This document shows, in pieces, positions 1-9,967 of a stretch of DNA of 64,000 nucleotides. A program made the position numbers and the translations under genes. Numbering within the stretch: the first letter of the stretch is position 1; each line of letters begins with the position of its first letter. The notes below the pieces were generated by a model. It did no database searches, had not been told where the DNA came from, and saw only the letters and a program-made list of their open reading frames with translations. The stretch comes from an uncultured Pelagibacteraceae bacterium (GTDB lineage: Bacteria > Pseudomonadota > Alphaproteobacteria > Pelagibacterales > Pelagibacteraceae), in the NCBI GenBank assembly GCA_902576785.1, contig CACGWC010000004.1:16340-80339 (forward strand), written 5' to 3'.

Positions 1-619
1 TAAGTGATGCTATTTTGATTTCATCTTTTTTTATCACAGCAAAATCGATTGGTGGACCAACAGTTAAATCACTTTTTAATGTAGAGTCCATTGATATCAA
101 AGCACATCTCGATGCATCTCCAATTGAAACTTTTGGTGTGATCACTCTATCTAAAATAGGTTTTCCATATTTAACTTCTCCTATGACCAAATATGGTTTG
201 CTATCTGCTGGACGAATATAATTACCCTGAGGGTAAACTAAGTATAATTCAGGAGGTTGATCTTTTATTTGACCACCGACAATAAATGTTGAGCCTAATA
301 ATACACTGTCAGTATTTATCCCTTGTGGAGAAGAATGTTCAATATTAAGCGAACCTATATATGATGCAATCTGCTCAAAATCACTACAAGTATTTAAATT
401 CATAATACCTGTTTCGCTTTTTAAATCTTTTTTGATGGAATTATAAACTGCTTGAGAAGTTCCAAGATTTCCTGATGTAACAATTACTATTGTTCTATCT
501 CCAACATCGTGTGTAAGCATTTTAGAATATATATTTACATTGTCCAATCCTGCATTTGTTCTGGAGTCTGATGCAAATACTAGTCCTGTCTCTGTTTTAA
601 TGCCAATACAATAAGTCAT
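1..619 (-). CDS. Anbu / proteasome-type Ntn peptidase, 3' end outside the window
   Basis: Translated by hand from ATG at 619: MTYCIGIKTETGLVFASDSRTNAGLDNV...SGNLGTSQ...GGQI...YPQGNYI...IGEVKYGKPILDR...SMDSTLKSDLTVGPPID. N-terminal Thr nucleophile; missing from the ORF track because it is truncated. Confidence 0.9.
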   Translation of the reverse strand, partial: MTYCIGIKTETGLVFASDSRTNAGLDNVNIYSKMLTHDVGDRTIVIVTSGNLGTSQAVYNSIKKDLKSETGIMNLNTCSDFEQIASYIGSLNIEHSSPQGINTDSVLLGSTFIVGGQIKDQPPELYLVYPQGNYIRPADSKPYLVIGEVKYGKPILDRVITPKVSIGDASRCALISMDSTLKSDLTVGPPIDFAVIKKDEIKIASL

Positions 620-734
620 ATTAAAGTTAACTATTTAAATTATATGTGGTTACAATAAAACCCATTTATTTCATATCAGATATCGAATTTAATCATTTGC
701 TTATTTAACTCTTATGTAAAAAAATTAAATTAAT

Positions 735-2183
735 ATGTCTGATTTTTGGAAAAATTACGATTCTAAATCAACTTTTGATGGATATATCAGTAAAGAGAAG
801 AAGTTAAGAAGTCATGCTAAGATCATTGCAGGTATACTTGAAAAATATGGAAAAAAAAAATTACAAGAAATAGAAAAAAATTGTCAAAGTACAATAAGCG
901 CTAGAGGAATAAATTTTAGAGTTTATGCTGCAAACAATAGAGCTGAAGAGAAAAAATGGCCTTTAGACATCATTCCTAGAATTATACCAAAGAGTCAATG
1001 GTTAAAGGTTGCAAAAGGACTTGCGCAAAGAGTTAAGGCACTAAATTTATTTATCGATGACGTCTATAATGCAAAAAAAATATTTAAAGACAAAGTAATA
1101 CCTAAAGAATTAATTTTTAATTCTCCTTTATATTTAAAAGAATGTGAAGGTTTCTCCCCAAAACACAAAGCATGGTCAAATATATCTGGGATTGATCTTA
1201 TAAAAAACATTGATGGGGATTTTTTAGTTCTTGAAGATAACTTAAGAGTTCCGTCTGGAGTTTCATATATGTTGGAAAATAGAATGGTGATGAGAGATAT
1301 TTTTCCAGAACTATTTACAAGATATAAAGTTTCTTCAGTTCATCAATATGCAAATAAATTATATAATTGCATGACAGAGTGTATTCCAAAGAAAACTACC
1401 AACCCACACATGGTTTTATTGACACCTGGTATTTACAATTCTGCTTATTTTGAACACTCTTTTTTAGCTGAACAAATGGGTATAGCTTTAGTGGAGGGCA
1501 AGGATTTATTTGTTGAAAACGATCACGTTTATATGAAAACCGTAAAAGGACCTTTAAAAGTAGATTGTATTTACAGAAGAATTGATGACAATTTCATGGA
1601 TCCTAAAGTTTTTTTCAAAGGATCATTGCTAGGTGTGCCAGGTGTTTTCAAATGTTGGAGAAAAGGAAATGTTGGAATAATAAATGCATTAGGTACAGGA
1701 GTAGCAGATGATAAAGCAGTTTATTCATATGTTAATAAAATGATCATTTATTATTTAGGAGAACAACCAATTATTGATCAAGTTGAAACTTTTCTGTGCG
1801 GAGATAAAAAAAATAGAGATCATGTTATAGATAATATATCAAAATATGTAGTTAAACCTTCAAATGCATCCGGCGGTTATGGAATTATGATTGGTCCAAA
1901 AGCTTCTAAATCTGAAAAAGAAGAAATGATAAAAAATATTAAGAAAAATCCAAGAAACTATATAGCACAACCTTTGGAAATTTTATCGACAGTTCCAACA
2001 ATTACGCCTGACAATATTGAGCCACGGCATTTAGATTTAAGACCTTTTATCTTAACTGGTAAATCTACTTATGTTACGACGGGGGGATTAACCAGAGTTG
2101 CACTTAAAAAAGGGAGCACAATTGTAAATAGTTCACAAGGTGGAGGTTCCAAAGATACACTAATTGTTGATAGTAGAAACTAA
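735..2183 (+). CDS. Circularly permuted type 2 ATP-grasp protein
   Basis: Motifs PLDIIPRII, VLEDNLRVPSGVSY, LTPGIYNSAYFEH, GVADDK, RHLDLRPF, GGLTRVAL, VNSSQGGGSKDT. Confidence 0.92.
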   Translation: MSDFWKNYDSKSTFDGYISKEKKLRSHAKIIAGILEKYGKKKLQEIEKNCQSTISARGINFRVYAANNRAEEKKWPLDIIPRIIPKSQWLKVAKGLAQRVKALNLFIDDVYNAKKIFKDKVIPKELIFNSPLYLKECEGFSPKHKAWSNISGIDLIKNIDGDFLVLEDNLRVPSGVSYMLENRMVMRDIFPELFTRYKVSSVHQYANKLYNCMTECIPKKTTNPHMVLLTPGIYNSAYFEHSFLAEQMGIALVEGKDLFVENDHVYMKTVKGPLKVDCIYRRIDDNFMDPKVFFKGSLLGVPGVFKCWRKGNVGIINALGTGVADDKAVYSYVNKMIIYYLGEQPIIDQVETFLCGDKKNRDHVIDNISKYVVKPSNASGGYGIMIGPKASKSEKEEMIKNIKKNPRNYIAQPLEILSTVPTITPDNIEPRHLDLRPFILTGKSTYVTTGGLTRVALKKGSTIVNSSQGGGSKDTLIVDSRN

Positions 2184-3373
2184 ACTATTACTTTTCTATA
2201 ATAAAAATCTTTAATCTGATCATCTTTGTAACCAAAAATTTGCATAACTTCTTTAGTATGTTCTCCTAAGTTTGGAGCACCTTTTGACTTTTCAGTTTTA
2301 CTTTTTGAAAATTTAATTGGCATACCAATAGCATTACTTTTACCTGCCTTTTTATTATCTACTTCTATAACCATTTCTCTTTCAATTGTTTGAGGATCTT
2401 TAAACATATCTGTTATTGAGTTTATAGGACCGCATGGTAATCCATTATCATCAAAAATTTTTAACCATTCGCTTGAAGTTTTTTTAATTAGTTCTTTGTT
2501 AAGAATATCAACTAATTCTTTTAAATTTTGTTTTCTATTTAAATTAGATGAAAACTTTTCATTTTCTTGCAAATCTTCACGACCAATTGCTTTGAGTAAC
2601 ATAAGCCAAGTATTTTGATTTGAAGCACCTACTGTTATCCATTTATCTTTTGTTTTAAATGCTTGATAAGGAGCTGTTAAAGGATGTGCTGATCCTAAAG
2701 GACCAGGTGACTCTCCTGTAGCACCTGCAATAGCTGACTGCCAGTATGTATGAACAATACCTGCTTCATATAAAGATGTATCAACTTTTTGTCCTTCACC
2801 CGTTTTTTCTCTATGAACTAATGCAGCTAAAATTCCACTAGCTGCAAGTAAACCAGCCGTTATATCTGTTATTGGTGCACCTACTTTCATAGGTGGTTTA
2901 TCTTTGCTTTCGCCAGTAACACTCATTAATCCACTCATTCCTTGTGCAACCAAATCAAATCCTCCTTTATCTGCATAAGGACCCGTTCTACCGTATCCAG
3001 ATATTTCACATAATATGATTTTAGGATTAATTTCTGACATAACATCATAACCAACACCTAATTTTTCTAATGTCCCTTTTCTAAAATTCTCTAAAACTAC
3101 ATCAGAATTTTTTACCATCTTCTTAAATATCTCTATTCCATCTTTGTGTTTTAAATTTAATGCGATACCTTTCTTATTTCTATTCATCATCATAAAAGCT
3201 GCAGACTCACCATTAATTTCTGGTGGTAAGAAGTTTCTAGTATCATCTCCGCCAGGTGTTTTTTCTATTTTGATTACCTCTGCACCAAGATCAGCTAATA
3301 ATAGTCCACAAGTCGGACCAGCCATTATTTGTGCCATTTCAAGTACACGAATGCCTTTTAATGATGCAGTCAT
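2180..3373 (-). CDS. Family III (CaiB/BaiF) CoA-transferase
   Basis: LKGIRVLE..QIMAGP, LADLGAEVIKIE, NRNKK, ENFR, GFDLVAQGMSG. Confidence 0.92.
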   Translation of the reverse strand: MTASLKGIRVLEMAQIMAGPTCGLLLADLGAEVIKIEKTPGGDDTRNFLPPEINGESAAFMMMNRNKKGIALNLKHKDGIEIFKKMVKNSDVVLENFRKGTLEKLGVGYDVMSEINPKIILCEISGYGRTGPYADKGGFDLVAQGMSGLMSVTGESKDKPPMKVGAPITDITAGLLAASGILAALVHREKTGEGQKVDTSLYEAGIVHTYWQSAIAGATGESPGPLGSAHPLTAPYQAFKTKDKWITVGASNQNTWLMLLKAIGREDLQENEKFSSNLNRKQNLKELVDILNKELIKKTSSEWLKIFDDNGLPCGPINSITDMFKDPQTIEREMVIEVDNKKAGKSNAIGMPIKFSKSKTEKSKGAPNLGEHTKEVMQIFGYKDDQIKDFYYRKVIV

Positions 3374-3376
3374 CTA

Positions 3377-4159
3377 TTACTTATTTTTGAATTTTGGTTT
3401 TGTTTTGTTTAAGAAAGATTGATATCCAATTTTAAAGTCTTGGGTATCGTAACATTTGTAACCTAGATTATTCATTTTTTCTGTGACTTTTCCATTTTTT
3501 AAAATGTTTCTCGCAAATTGTTTGTGCCATCTTGCAACTTTTGGAGCACCTTCACATATTAATTCTGCTGATTTATATGCTTCTTTTTCAACATCTTTAT
3601 CATTAACTACTCTGTTAACTAGTCTCTTCTGAAATGCTTCATCGGCTCCAAATACTCTTCCTTCAAATAATATTTCCATTGCGGTTGTGTAATTAGTTAC
3701 TTTTAAAAGCACCTCAAGTTCTTTTGCAGCCATTGTTAAGCCTAATCTTTTAATTGGAACTCCAAACCTAGAGCTTTTGCCACAAATTCTAATGTCACAA
3801 CATCCTGCTATTTCCAATCCACCTCCAACACATATCCCTTCAATCAAAGCAATTGTTGGTATTGGGCAATCAAAAATTGCTCCGAGTGTTCCGTGTAAAA
3901 ATTTACCGTATGATTTTGCTAATTTTGATGAAGACCTTTGTTTTTTAAATTCTCCAATATCATTTCCTGGTGAAAAAGATTTACCACCCTCTCCTCTTAT
4001 TATGATGCATCTTAAGTTTTTATTTTTAGATAACTTTTTGAAAACTTTGCCAAGCTCAATCCACATTGGCTTAGTCATTGCATTTAATTTTTCTGGTCTA
4101 TTAATAACTACTTCAACTAAATGTTTATTTTTTTTATTTACTTTAATTAATTTGCTCAT
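3377..4159 (-). CDS. Enoyl-CoA hydratase/isomerase (crotonase) family protein
   Basis: INRPEKLNAM, FSPGNDI, PTIALIEGICVGGGLEIA..CDIRI. Confidence 0.88.
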   Translation of the reverse strand: MSKLIKVNKKNKHLVEVVINRPEKLNAMTKPMWIELGKVFKKLSKNKNLRCIIIRGEGGKSFSPGNDIGEFKKQRSSSKLAKSYGKFLHGTLGAIFDCPIPTIALIEGICVGGGLEIAGCCDIRICGKSSRFGVPIKRLGLTMAAKELEVLLKVTNYTTAMEILFEGRVFGADEAFQKRLVNRVVNDKDVEKEAYKSAELICEGAPKVARWHKQFARNILKNGKVTEKMNNLGYKCYDTQDFKIGYQSFLNKTKPKFKNK

Positions 4160-5443
4160 TTAGCTCCTATAAAAAAACTCAACTAATGTCATTGGTATAG
4201 CTGGAACATAAGTTACTAACATTAACAATACTAATAATACACATATAAAGGATATATTAGATCTTGTTACATCCCATATGTCTGCTTTTGCAACAGAACA
4301 GGCCGTAACCAAAACACTTGCAACTGGTGGTGTTTGCTGACCAATTGCCAAATTTAAAGTTACAATTATACCAAAATGAACTGGATCAATTCCTACCGCA
4401 TTAACTAATGGCATTACAATTGGAACTGTTAAAATTATTGCAGCAACTGAGTGTAAAAAGAAACCTATTACTAGAAGAAATACATTTAGTATTCCTAAGA
4501 CAGCATATTTATTATTTGTAAAATCAATAATTGACTCTGCAACTTTTTGTGGAATTTGTTCAATAGTTAAAAATTCACCAAGTAATACAGATGCAGCTAC
4601 CAATAACATTACTGAAGCTGTTTGAATTGCTCCTTCACAAGCCGACTCGTATAATCTTTTAAAATCTATTTCTTTATAAATAAATCCAATAACTAATGAT
4701 GCTACAACTGCTAACCCTGCTCCTTCAGTTGCAGTTACTACTCCTCCAAAGATTCCACCTAGGATAATAATTGGTAATAAAAATGCTAATGCTGCATCTT
4801 TTGCAGTTTTCTTAACATTTGGAATATTAAATGTTTCTTCAACAGGAAAATTTTTACGTCTTGCAGTAATATAAGCTGCTAACATTAAGAAGAAGCCACC
4901 TATTACTCCAGGAACAATTCCAGCTACAAACAATTGTACTACGGAACTTTGAGCCATTACCGCATAAACAATCATTGGTATTGAAGGTGGAATAATTATT
5001 GCCAAAGACGCTGAGGATGAAGTTACTGCAGCAGCGAAAGGACCTGGATATCCTTTTTTCTTCATCGCTGGAATTAAAATAGATCCTAATGCAGCAACAT
5101 CAGCAACTGCAGATCCAGAAATTTCAGCAAAAAACATAGAGGTGGCAATGTTAATCATGCTAAGACCACCCTTGATAAATCCAACTAGAGCTGAAGCAAA
5201 AGCTATTAACCGTCTAGAAATACCAGCACTATTCATTATTGATCCAGCTAAGATAAATAAAGGAATAGCAATCAGTGGAAACTTCATTGATCCATCAAAC
5301 ATAACTATTGCAGTATCAATTAAAAAACTTGTTCCCGTTTTCAATACCATTGCAATAATTGTTGTTACTGCAAGGCCGATAGCTATAGGTACATTAATAG
5401 ATAAAAGAAGTAGTAGAACTGCAAACATTGTAAGAATTATCAC
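4160..5443 (-). CDS. dctM: TRAP transporter large permease
   Basis: AIPLFILAG, SGSAVAD, IIPPSIPMI, TATE, GIDPVHFG, TPPV. Confidence 0.93.
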   Translation of the reverse strand: MIILTMFAVLLLLLSINVPIAIGLAVTTIIAMVLKTGTSFLIDTAIVMFDGSMKFPLIAIPLFILAGSIMNSAGISRRLIAFASALVGFIKGGLSMINIATSMFFAEISGSAVADVAALGSILIPAMKKKGYPGPFAAAVTSSSASLAIIIPPSIPMIVYAVMAQSSVVQLFVAGIVPGVIGGFFLMLAAYITARRKNFPVEETFNIPNVKKTAKDAALAFLLPIIILGGIFGGVVTATEGAGLAVVASLVIGFIYKEIDFKRLYESACEGAIQTASVMLLVAASVLLGEFLTIEQIPQKVAESIIDFTNNKYAVLGILNVFLLVIGFFLHSVAAIILTVPIVMPLVNAVGIDPVHFGIIVTLNLAIGQQTPPVASVLVTACSVAKADIWDVTRSNISFICVLLVLLMLVTYVPAIPMTLVEFFYRS

Positions 5444-5952
5444 TAAATATCTCCTGTTTGCTCGTCACCTGTTGTTTGAAGAACTAAATTTTTATAATCT
5501 TCAGGAATTCTTAAAGTTTCAGATAAAATAAATAAACATGATGCAATTGGAATAACTGATTGCACAAAAGGTTGGGGAACCCACTCTAATGTTACTAAGG
5601 TTTCTCCTGTAATAAGAGTTAAAACCAAATAACCGTAGTAAGCCAATAATATTAAAAAACCATAAACAACTAATTTTGACACTACAAAGAAAATTTTTCT
5701 TAGTGCTAATGGAAATGCTTTAAAAATACTTGGAACACTTATATGAGAACCTTTTAAAGCTGCATACGCTGAACCATAATAAGTTATCCATGCAAGTTGA
5801 ACAGCTGCAACCTCATCATACCAAACTAAAGCACTGCCAGCAAAACGAAAAGTAACACCAAGTAAAACTGTTACTGCTAATGCTACCATCATTATAAACA
5901 GTATTAGTTTTAATATTTTTTCGTAAGAATTTATAAATTTTTGCAATGTCAT
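5443..5952 (-). CDS. dctQ: TRAP transporter small permease
   Basis: About 4 TM helices, W.DEVA motif, H(I)SV, lies between dctP and dctM. Confidence 0.88.
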   Translation of the reverse strand: MTLQKFINSYEKILKLILFIMMVALAVTVLLGVTFRFAGSALVWYDEVAAVQLAWITYYGSAYAALKGSHISVPSIFKAFPLALRKIFFVVSKLVVYGFLILLAYYGYLVLTLITGETLVTLEWVPQPFVQSVIPIASCLFILSETLRIPEDYKNLVLQTTGDEQTGDI

Positions 5953-5961
5953 TTTTTTTTT

Positions 5962-5984
5962 CAGGCCCTCTGATAGAGGGCCTG
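5962..5984 (-). terminator. Intercistronic stem-loop after dctP (mRNA stabiliser or attenuator)
   Basis: Perfect inverted repeat caggccctct-gat-agagggcctg; no U-tract on the coding strand. Confidence 0.55.
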
Positions 5985-5996
5985 TTACAAATTATG

Positions 5997-6971
5997 TTAA
6001 TTTGCTAAAGACGATACTTTATCAATTAACGCACCACCAGTTGGTACTTCTGACGCGAATTGATCGTATATTCCTTTACTTGCACTAATGAAAGCACCTT
6101 TGTCAGCTTCGTTGACTTGAACTCCAGCTGATTTGATAACTCCCAATAAAGATTTTTCAAGATTAGCAGCTTCAGCGTACACAAATTTTTGTGTATCTTT
6201 AGCAGCTTGCTCTAAAATACTTTGTACATCTGCAGGTAGTTTACTCCAGTGGTCTTTATGTACTGTTACATAAGCAGGAGTGTAAACGTGACCTGTAATT
6301 GATAAATATTTTTGAACTTCTTGGAATTTAGCACTAGCAATCTGAGCATATGGGTTTTCTTGTCCATCCATTGTTCCTGTTTTCAAAGCAGTAAATACTT
6401 CTGAGAAAGACATTGGAGTTGGGTTTGCACCATATGATTGGAACATTTTAACTCTCCATTTTGATTTAGGTGTTCTTAATTTAATTCCTTTTAAGTCACC
6501 AGGAGTGTTAATTGGTCTAGTGTTGTTTGTGATATGTCTAAAACCATTTTCCCAAACAGCAATAACTTTGTATCCAGTTTTATCTTCAAGATTTTTAAAC
6601 ATTCCTGGTAAAACTTGGCTTTCAACTTTATTCATGTGATTTCTGTCTTTAATAATGAAAGGCATATCAAATACACCAAACTCATCATGAATAGATGCCA
6701 TTACTGATGAAGGTAACCACATGTTAACTGTACCTAATTTTAGTTTTTGCATTCCTTGTTTGTCTTTACCAAGTTGCGAAGAACCAAAAACAGTTACTTT
6801 TCCTTTGCTGCCTAATCTCTCATTTGCAAGTTTAGCAAAATGATCAACTGATGCAGAAAATAAAGATCCAGGTTTTCCTACGTGTCCAAATTTTACTTCA
6901 GTTGAATTTGCTGAGAAACTTAAAAATAGAGACGATAATAAAACAACAATTATCTTAAAATATTTGTTCAT
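5997..6971 (-). CDS. dctP: TRAP substrate-binding protein
   Basis: Signal peptide, WENGFRH, DLKGIKLR, FSEVFTAL..GTMDGQENP. Confidence 0.93.
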   Translation of the reverse strand: MNKYFKIIVVLLSSLFLSFSANSTEVKFGHVGKPGSLFSASVDHFAKLANERLGSKGKVTVFGSSQLGKDKQGMQKLKLGTVNMWLPSSVMASIHDEFGVFDMPFIIKDRNHMNKVESQVLPGMFKNLEDKTGYKVIAVWENGFRHITNNTRPINTPGDLKGIKLRTPKSKWRVKMFQSYGANPTPMSFSEVFTALKTGTMDGQENPYAQIASAKFQEVQKYLSITGHVYTPAYVTVHKDHWSKLPADVQSILEQAAKDTQKFVYAEAANLEKSLLGVIKSAGVQVNEADKGAFISASKGIYDQFASEVPTGGALIDKVSSLAN

Positions 6972-7060
6972 ATTTCCCTCTTAAGTTTGTTTTTTTTAAA
7001 ACAGCTTATAGAAAATATGAATGCAGTGCTAGGGATTAAATTGGCGTATTGGAAAAAAAA

Positions 7061-7330
7061 TCATCTATCTTTAAATTCAAGATTGCCACGGGAGTCTACA
7101 CTCTTTTTAACATGCTGATAGTAGGTAGGATTATCAATCAATCTTGACATATCTATACCTTTATTCTCATAACGTCTTTTTATTGTCATTCTTGGGATTA
7201 TTACGAGGTTCATATTATCAATGAAGTCCTCGGTCCACTCTTTTTCTATCTTATCTTTAACCAATTTTTTCAAAAATACTCTCAGATCAGAGCAACTAAG
7301 GTGTTTAATTTTTTCGTTATACAATACCAT
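7061..7330 (-). CDS. Hypothetical protein
   Basis: 89-aa ORF co-oriented with neighbours; no motif recognised. Confidence 0.5.
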   Translation of the reverse strand: MVLYNEKIKHLSCSDLRVFLKKLVKDKIEKEWTEDFIDNMNLVIIPRMTIKRRYENKGIDMSRLIDNPTYYQHVKKSVDSRGNLEFKDR

Positions 7331-7354
7331 TTTGATGAATATATAATCTTGGTG

Positions 7355-8056
7355 TTATCTTGCAAGTTTAATGAATATATCTCCCATACCTGACTGAAGC
7401 TGATCTAATGGAGTATTATTTCTAAGTGTGCAATATCTACCTGTCACTTGGTGTCTATCTATGGCATTAACATTATATTGAGTGCAGGTTTTGGCTTTGT
7501 GTAATAAACCAATGACTAGTTTTCCATCTACTACTGAAACTTGTTTTGTATCTAAATCATTGCCATTACAAAAATATTTTTTGTTTACCCTTTCAGGAAA
7601 ATCTGTTTTCCCACAAGGATTTTCAATTGTGAAAACATAAAATTCTTTTTCTATACCTTTAAATTTATGTTTCATCTTAGTTGTTTTTGAATATTTCATT
7701 AAATCACAGGAGCACGGAATGCAGCATCTATAATATTCACCACATATCTTTTTGCCTGTATTGTTTTCAGTTAAATAAACATATTCTGGAACAGCATTTG
7801 GACTTATTAAAGAACCTGATACTGCACAATATAATTTATTATATTCTACAAAATCTTCATACGAGATGTCTTTATCAATTATATATTTAAAAAATTTAGG
7901 ACCTGCCGCATTTCTATTTCTGTCTGGGAAAATTTTATTCCAATCATTAACGATATCTTGATAATAGTTTTTTTCTTGAGAATTTGCCGAATTTATCGGA
8001 ATTGAAAAAAAAATAAAAAATATAATAAGACTAAGTATATTTTTAATACTGTACAT
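7355..8056 (-). CDS. Secreted cysteine-rich hypothetical protein
   Basis: Signal peptide; 10 Cys including CGEYYRCCIPCSC. Confidence 0.75.
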   Translation of the reverse strand: MYSIKNILSLIIFFIFFSIPINSANSQEKNYYQDIVNDWNKIFPDRNRNAAGPKFFKYIIDKDISYEDFVEYNKLYCAVSGSLISPNAVPEYVYLTENNTGKKICGEYYRCCIPCSCDLMKYSKTTKMKHKFKGIEKEFYVFTIENPCGKTDFPERVNKKYFCNGNDLDTKQVSVVDGKLVIGLLHKAKTCTQYNVNAIDRHQVTGRYCTLRNNTPLDQLQSGMGDIFIKLAR

Positions 8057-8067
8057 TAATTAATAAT

Positions 8068-8211
8068 TTAAAAACCCATATTTGACCAGTTACTTCGGTC
8101 TTGAGTTTTACTATTGAATTTTTTTAATTCTTCCTCAGATGGTTCTCTAAAAAGATACATTACAATTCCTGAAACAAATAATGCCAATAATGATAAAGAA
8201 CAAATAGTCAT
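8068..8211 (-). CDS. Small single-TM protein (47 aa)
   Basis: Hand translation MTICSLSLLALFVSGIVMYLFREPSEEELKKFNSKTQDRSNWSNMGF; fills a gap in a co-oriented run. Confidence 0.5.
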   Translation of the reverse strand: MTICSLSLLALFVSGIVMYLFREPSEEELKKFNSKTQDRSNWSNMGF

Positions 8212-8269
8212 AAGCTTGATATATAAAAGCTTTATAATTTTTCAACACTATATAATGAGTAGTATTGTC

Positions 8270-9703
8270 CTATAATTTTTGTCTAAATTCGTAAGTTTTA
8301 TTTAATTCATCTATATCAAATGTTTCTATTGATCCATCAGTCCATTTAATTTCAACTTTAAAGTCTTTTTCACCTTTTCTTATTCCATAATGAGCAACTG
8401 GTTCCATCTGACAAAGATAACCTGAGCCTGCATCAATTGTTTTTGAGTGAATTCTTTTATTAGATTTAATTGTTACTGTTGCACCTCTTGCAGGAGCTCC
8501 AAATTGATTAAGAGGCTTAATTCTTAAATAATTATAATTTTGTATATCTGCTTTATATAAAGTTAATGGTTGAAACCCTGACTCTCCATGTGAAACTAAT
8601 AGCTCTAAAATTCCATCGCCATCAACGTCTGCAACAGCTGCTCCAGTTCCAAGACCAACTGTCTCTAAACCATTTTCCATTTTAATTTCTTTAAATATTC
8701 CACCATCTAAAACTTTGAAAAGTTTATTAGGTTCTCCAATATTATTCATAAAAATTTCATCGTATCCATCATTATCAAAATCAGCTGAAATAACTGTTCT
8801 GATTTTTGTAGGATCATTGTATGGAGAAGTTGATATGTCTTTAAATTTATCTCCATCTAAAACGTATGCTCTATGCATTCCATCCCAGTTTGAAGATAAA
8901 ATATCTAATCTTCCTCTATACAAAAGGTCACTTAGAGCTGTTCCTCTGCCATTTTCAAATCTATCTTGAACTGCATACTCTTTAGCTACATCTTGGAAAG
9001 ATCCTTTAGAATTATAATATAAAAAGTTATCTCCTCTTTCATTTGCTGCAAAAATATCAGATCTATCTGAAAGAATGTGTCCAGACACAATGGCTCTGCC
9101 ACCAGTAATTTTATCGATCAATAATAATTTAGCCTGGTCTTTTATTCGATCTCTAATTAATTCATAAAATCGAGTAGGACCTCCATAATTTGCAACATAA
9201 ATACCATAAGCGCCATCTCCATTTCTATCTACACAAACAACAGATCTTCCAGCTGTTAAGTTTAATTCACTTTGATTAATTTCTTTTTCAAATAAATCCT
9301 CAAATTTATTATTATTTAAATCTATTAATCGATCTGAATAAATTTTTGATCCACTATATGTATCAGTATTTAAAAAATATATTTCTTCATAGCCATCTTG
9401 ATCGATATCACATGCGGCAACACCAATTGTTCTTCTTTCTTCATCTGTAAAAATTTTTTCATTTACAATATTTATTAATTTTCCATCTTTATAAGAAAGA
9501 GCTAGATTTTTGAAACCAAAGCCAGTTACCACAAAATCATATTTATTATCTTTGTTAACATCAGTAACTGAAACTCCATAGCTTAATCGGAACTCATTTT
9601 TTGCTATTTGATCAGTAATATTTAAGAAAAAATCTTTAGCGTTTGCATAACTAAATATTGATAAAATACTGAGAAAAACGAAGATAATTTCTTTCATATT
9701 CAA
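8270..9703 (-). CDS. CRTAC1-like protein (FG-GAP/VCBS repeats plus ASPIC/UnbV domain)
   Basis: Repeated DxN/DxDG Ca-binding motifs (DIDQDG, DRNGDG, DFDNDG, DVDGDG); C-terminal DAGSGYLCQMEPVAHYG. Confidence 0.88.
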   Translation of the reverse strand: MNMKEIIFVFLSILSIFSYANAKDFFLNITDQIAKNEFRLSYGVSVTDVNKDNKYDFVVTGFGFKNLALSYKDGKLINIVNEKIFTDEERRTIGVAACDIDQDGYEEIYFLNTDTYSGSKIYSDRLIDLNNNKFEDLFEKEINQSELNLTAGRSVVCVDRNGDGAYGIYVANYGGPTRFYELIRDRIKDQAKLLLIDKITGGRAIVSGHILSDRSDIFAANERGDNFLYYNSKGSFQDVAKEYAVQDRFENGRGTALSDLLYRGRLDILSSNWDGMHRAYVLDGDKFKDISTSPYNDPTKIRTVISADFDNDGYDEIFMNNIGEPNKLFKVLDGGIFKEIKMENGLETVGLGTGAAVADVDGDGILELLVSHGESGFQPLTLYKADIQNYNYLRIKPLNQFGAPARGATVTIKSNKRIHSKTIDAGSGYLCQMEPVAHYGIRKGEKDFKVEIKWTDGSIETFDIDELNKTYEFRQKL

Positions 9704-9747
9704 GCTCTTTATTGAAATTTAAAAATTAATATATGAGATAAATTAGC

Positions 9748-9945
9748 TTACTCGAGTAAGCCTAATATTGAATAAATAACTAACCCTATAATTGCAGCAA
9801 AGAAAATTAAAAAAGAAATTTGACTAAAAATATTATTCTTTGATCTAATTTCTCCCTTTTTATACTTTCTAATCTGAATTATACCAAACCTAATTACTAT
9901 CAAACCTAGAATTAGCAGTGATACTTTAAATAGAAATTCAATCAT
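9748..9945 (-). CDS. Small two-TM membrane protein
   Basis: 65 aa, two hydrophobic segments. Confidence 0.55.
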   Translation of the reverse strand: MIEFLFKVSLLILGLIVIRFGIIQIRKYKKGEIRSKNNIFSQISFLIFFAAIIGLVIYSILGLLE

Positions 9946-9967
9946 TTAATATTTTTTAAGTTTTTCA

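Noticed and set aside
15-221. 68-aa plus-strand ORF
   Set aside because: Antisense shadow of the Anbu gene
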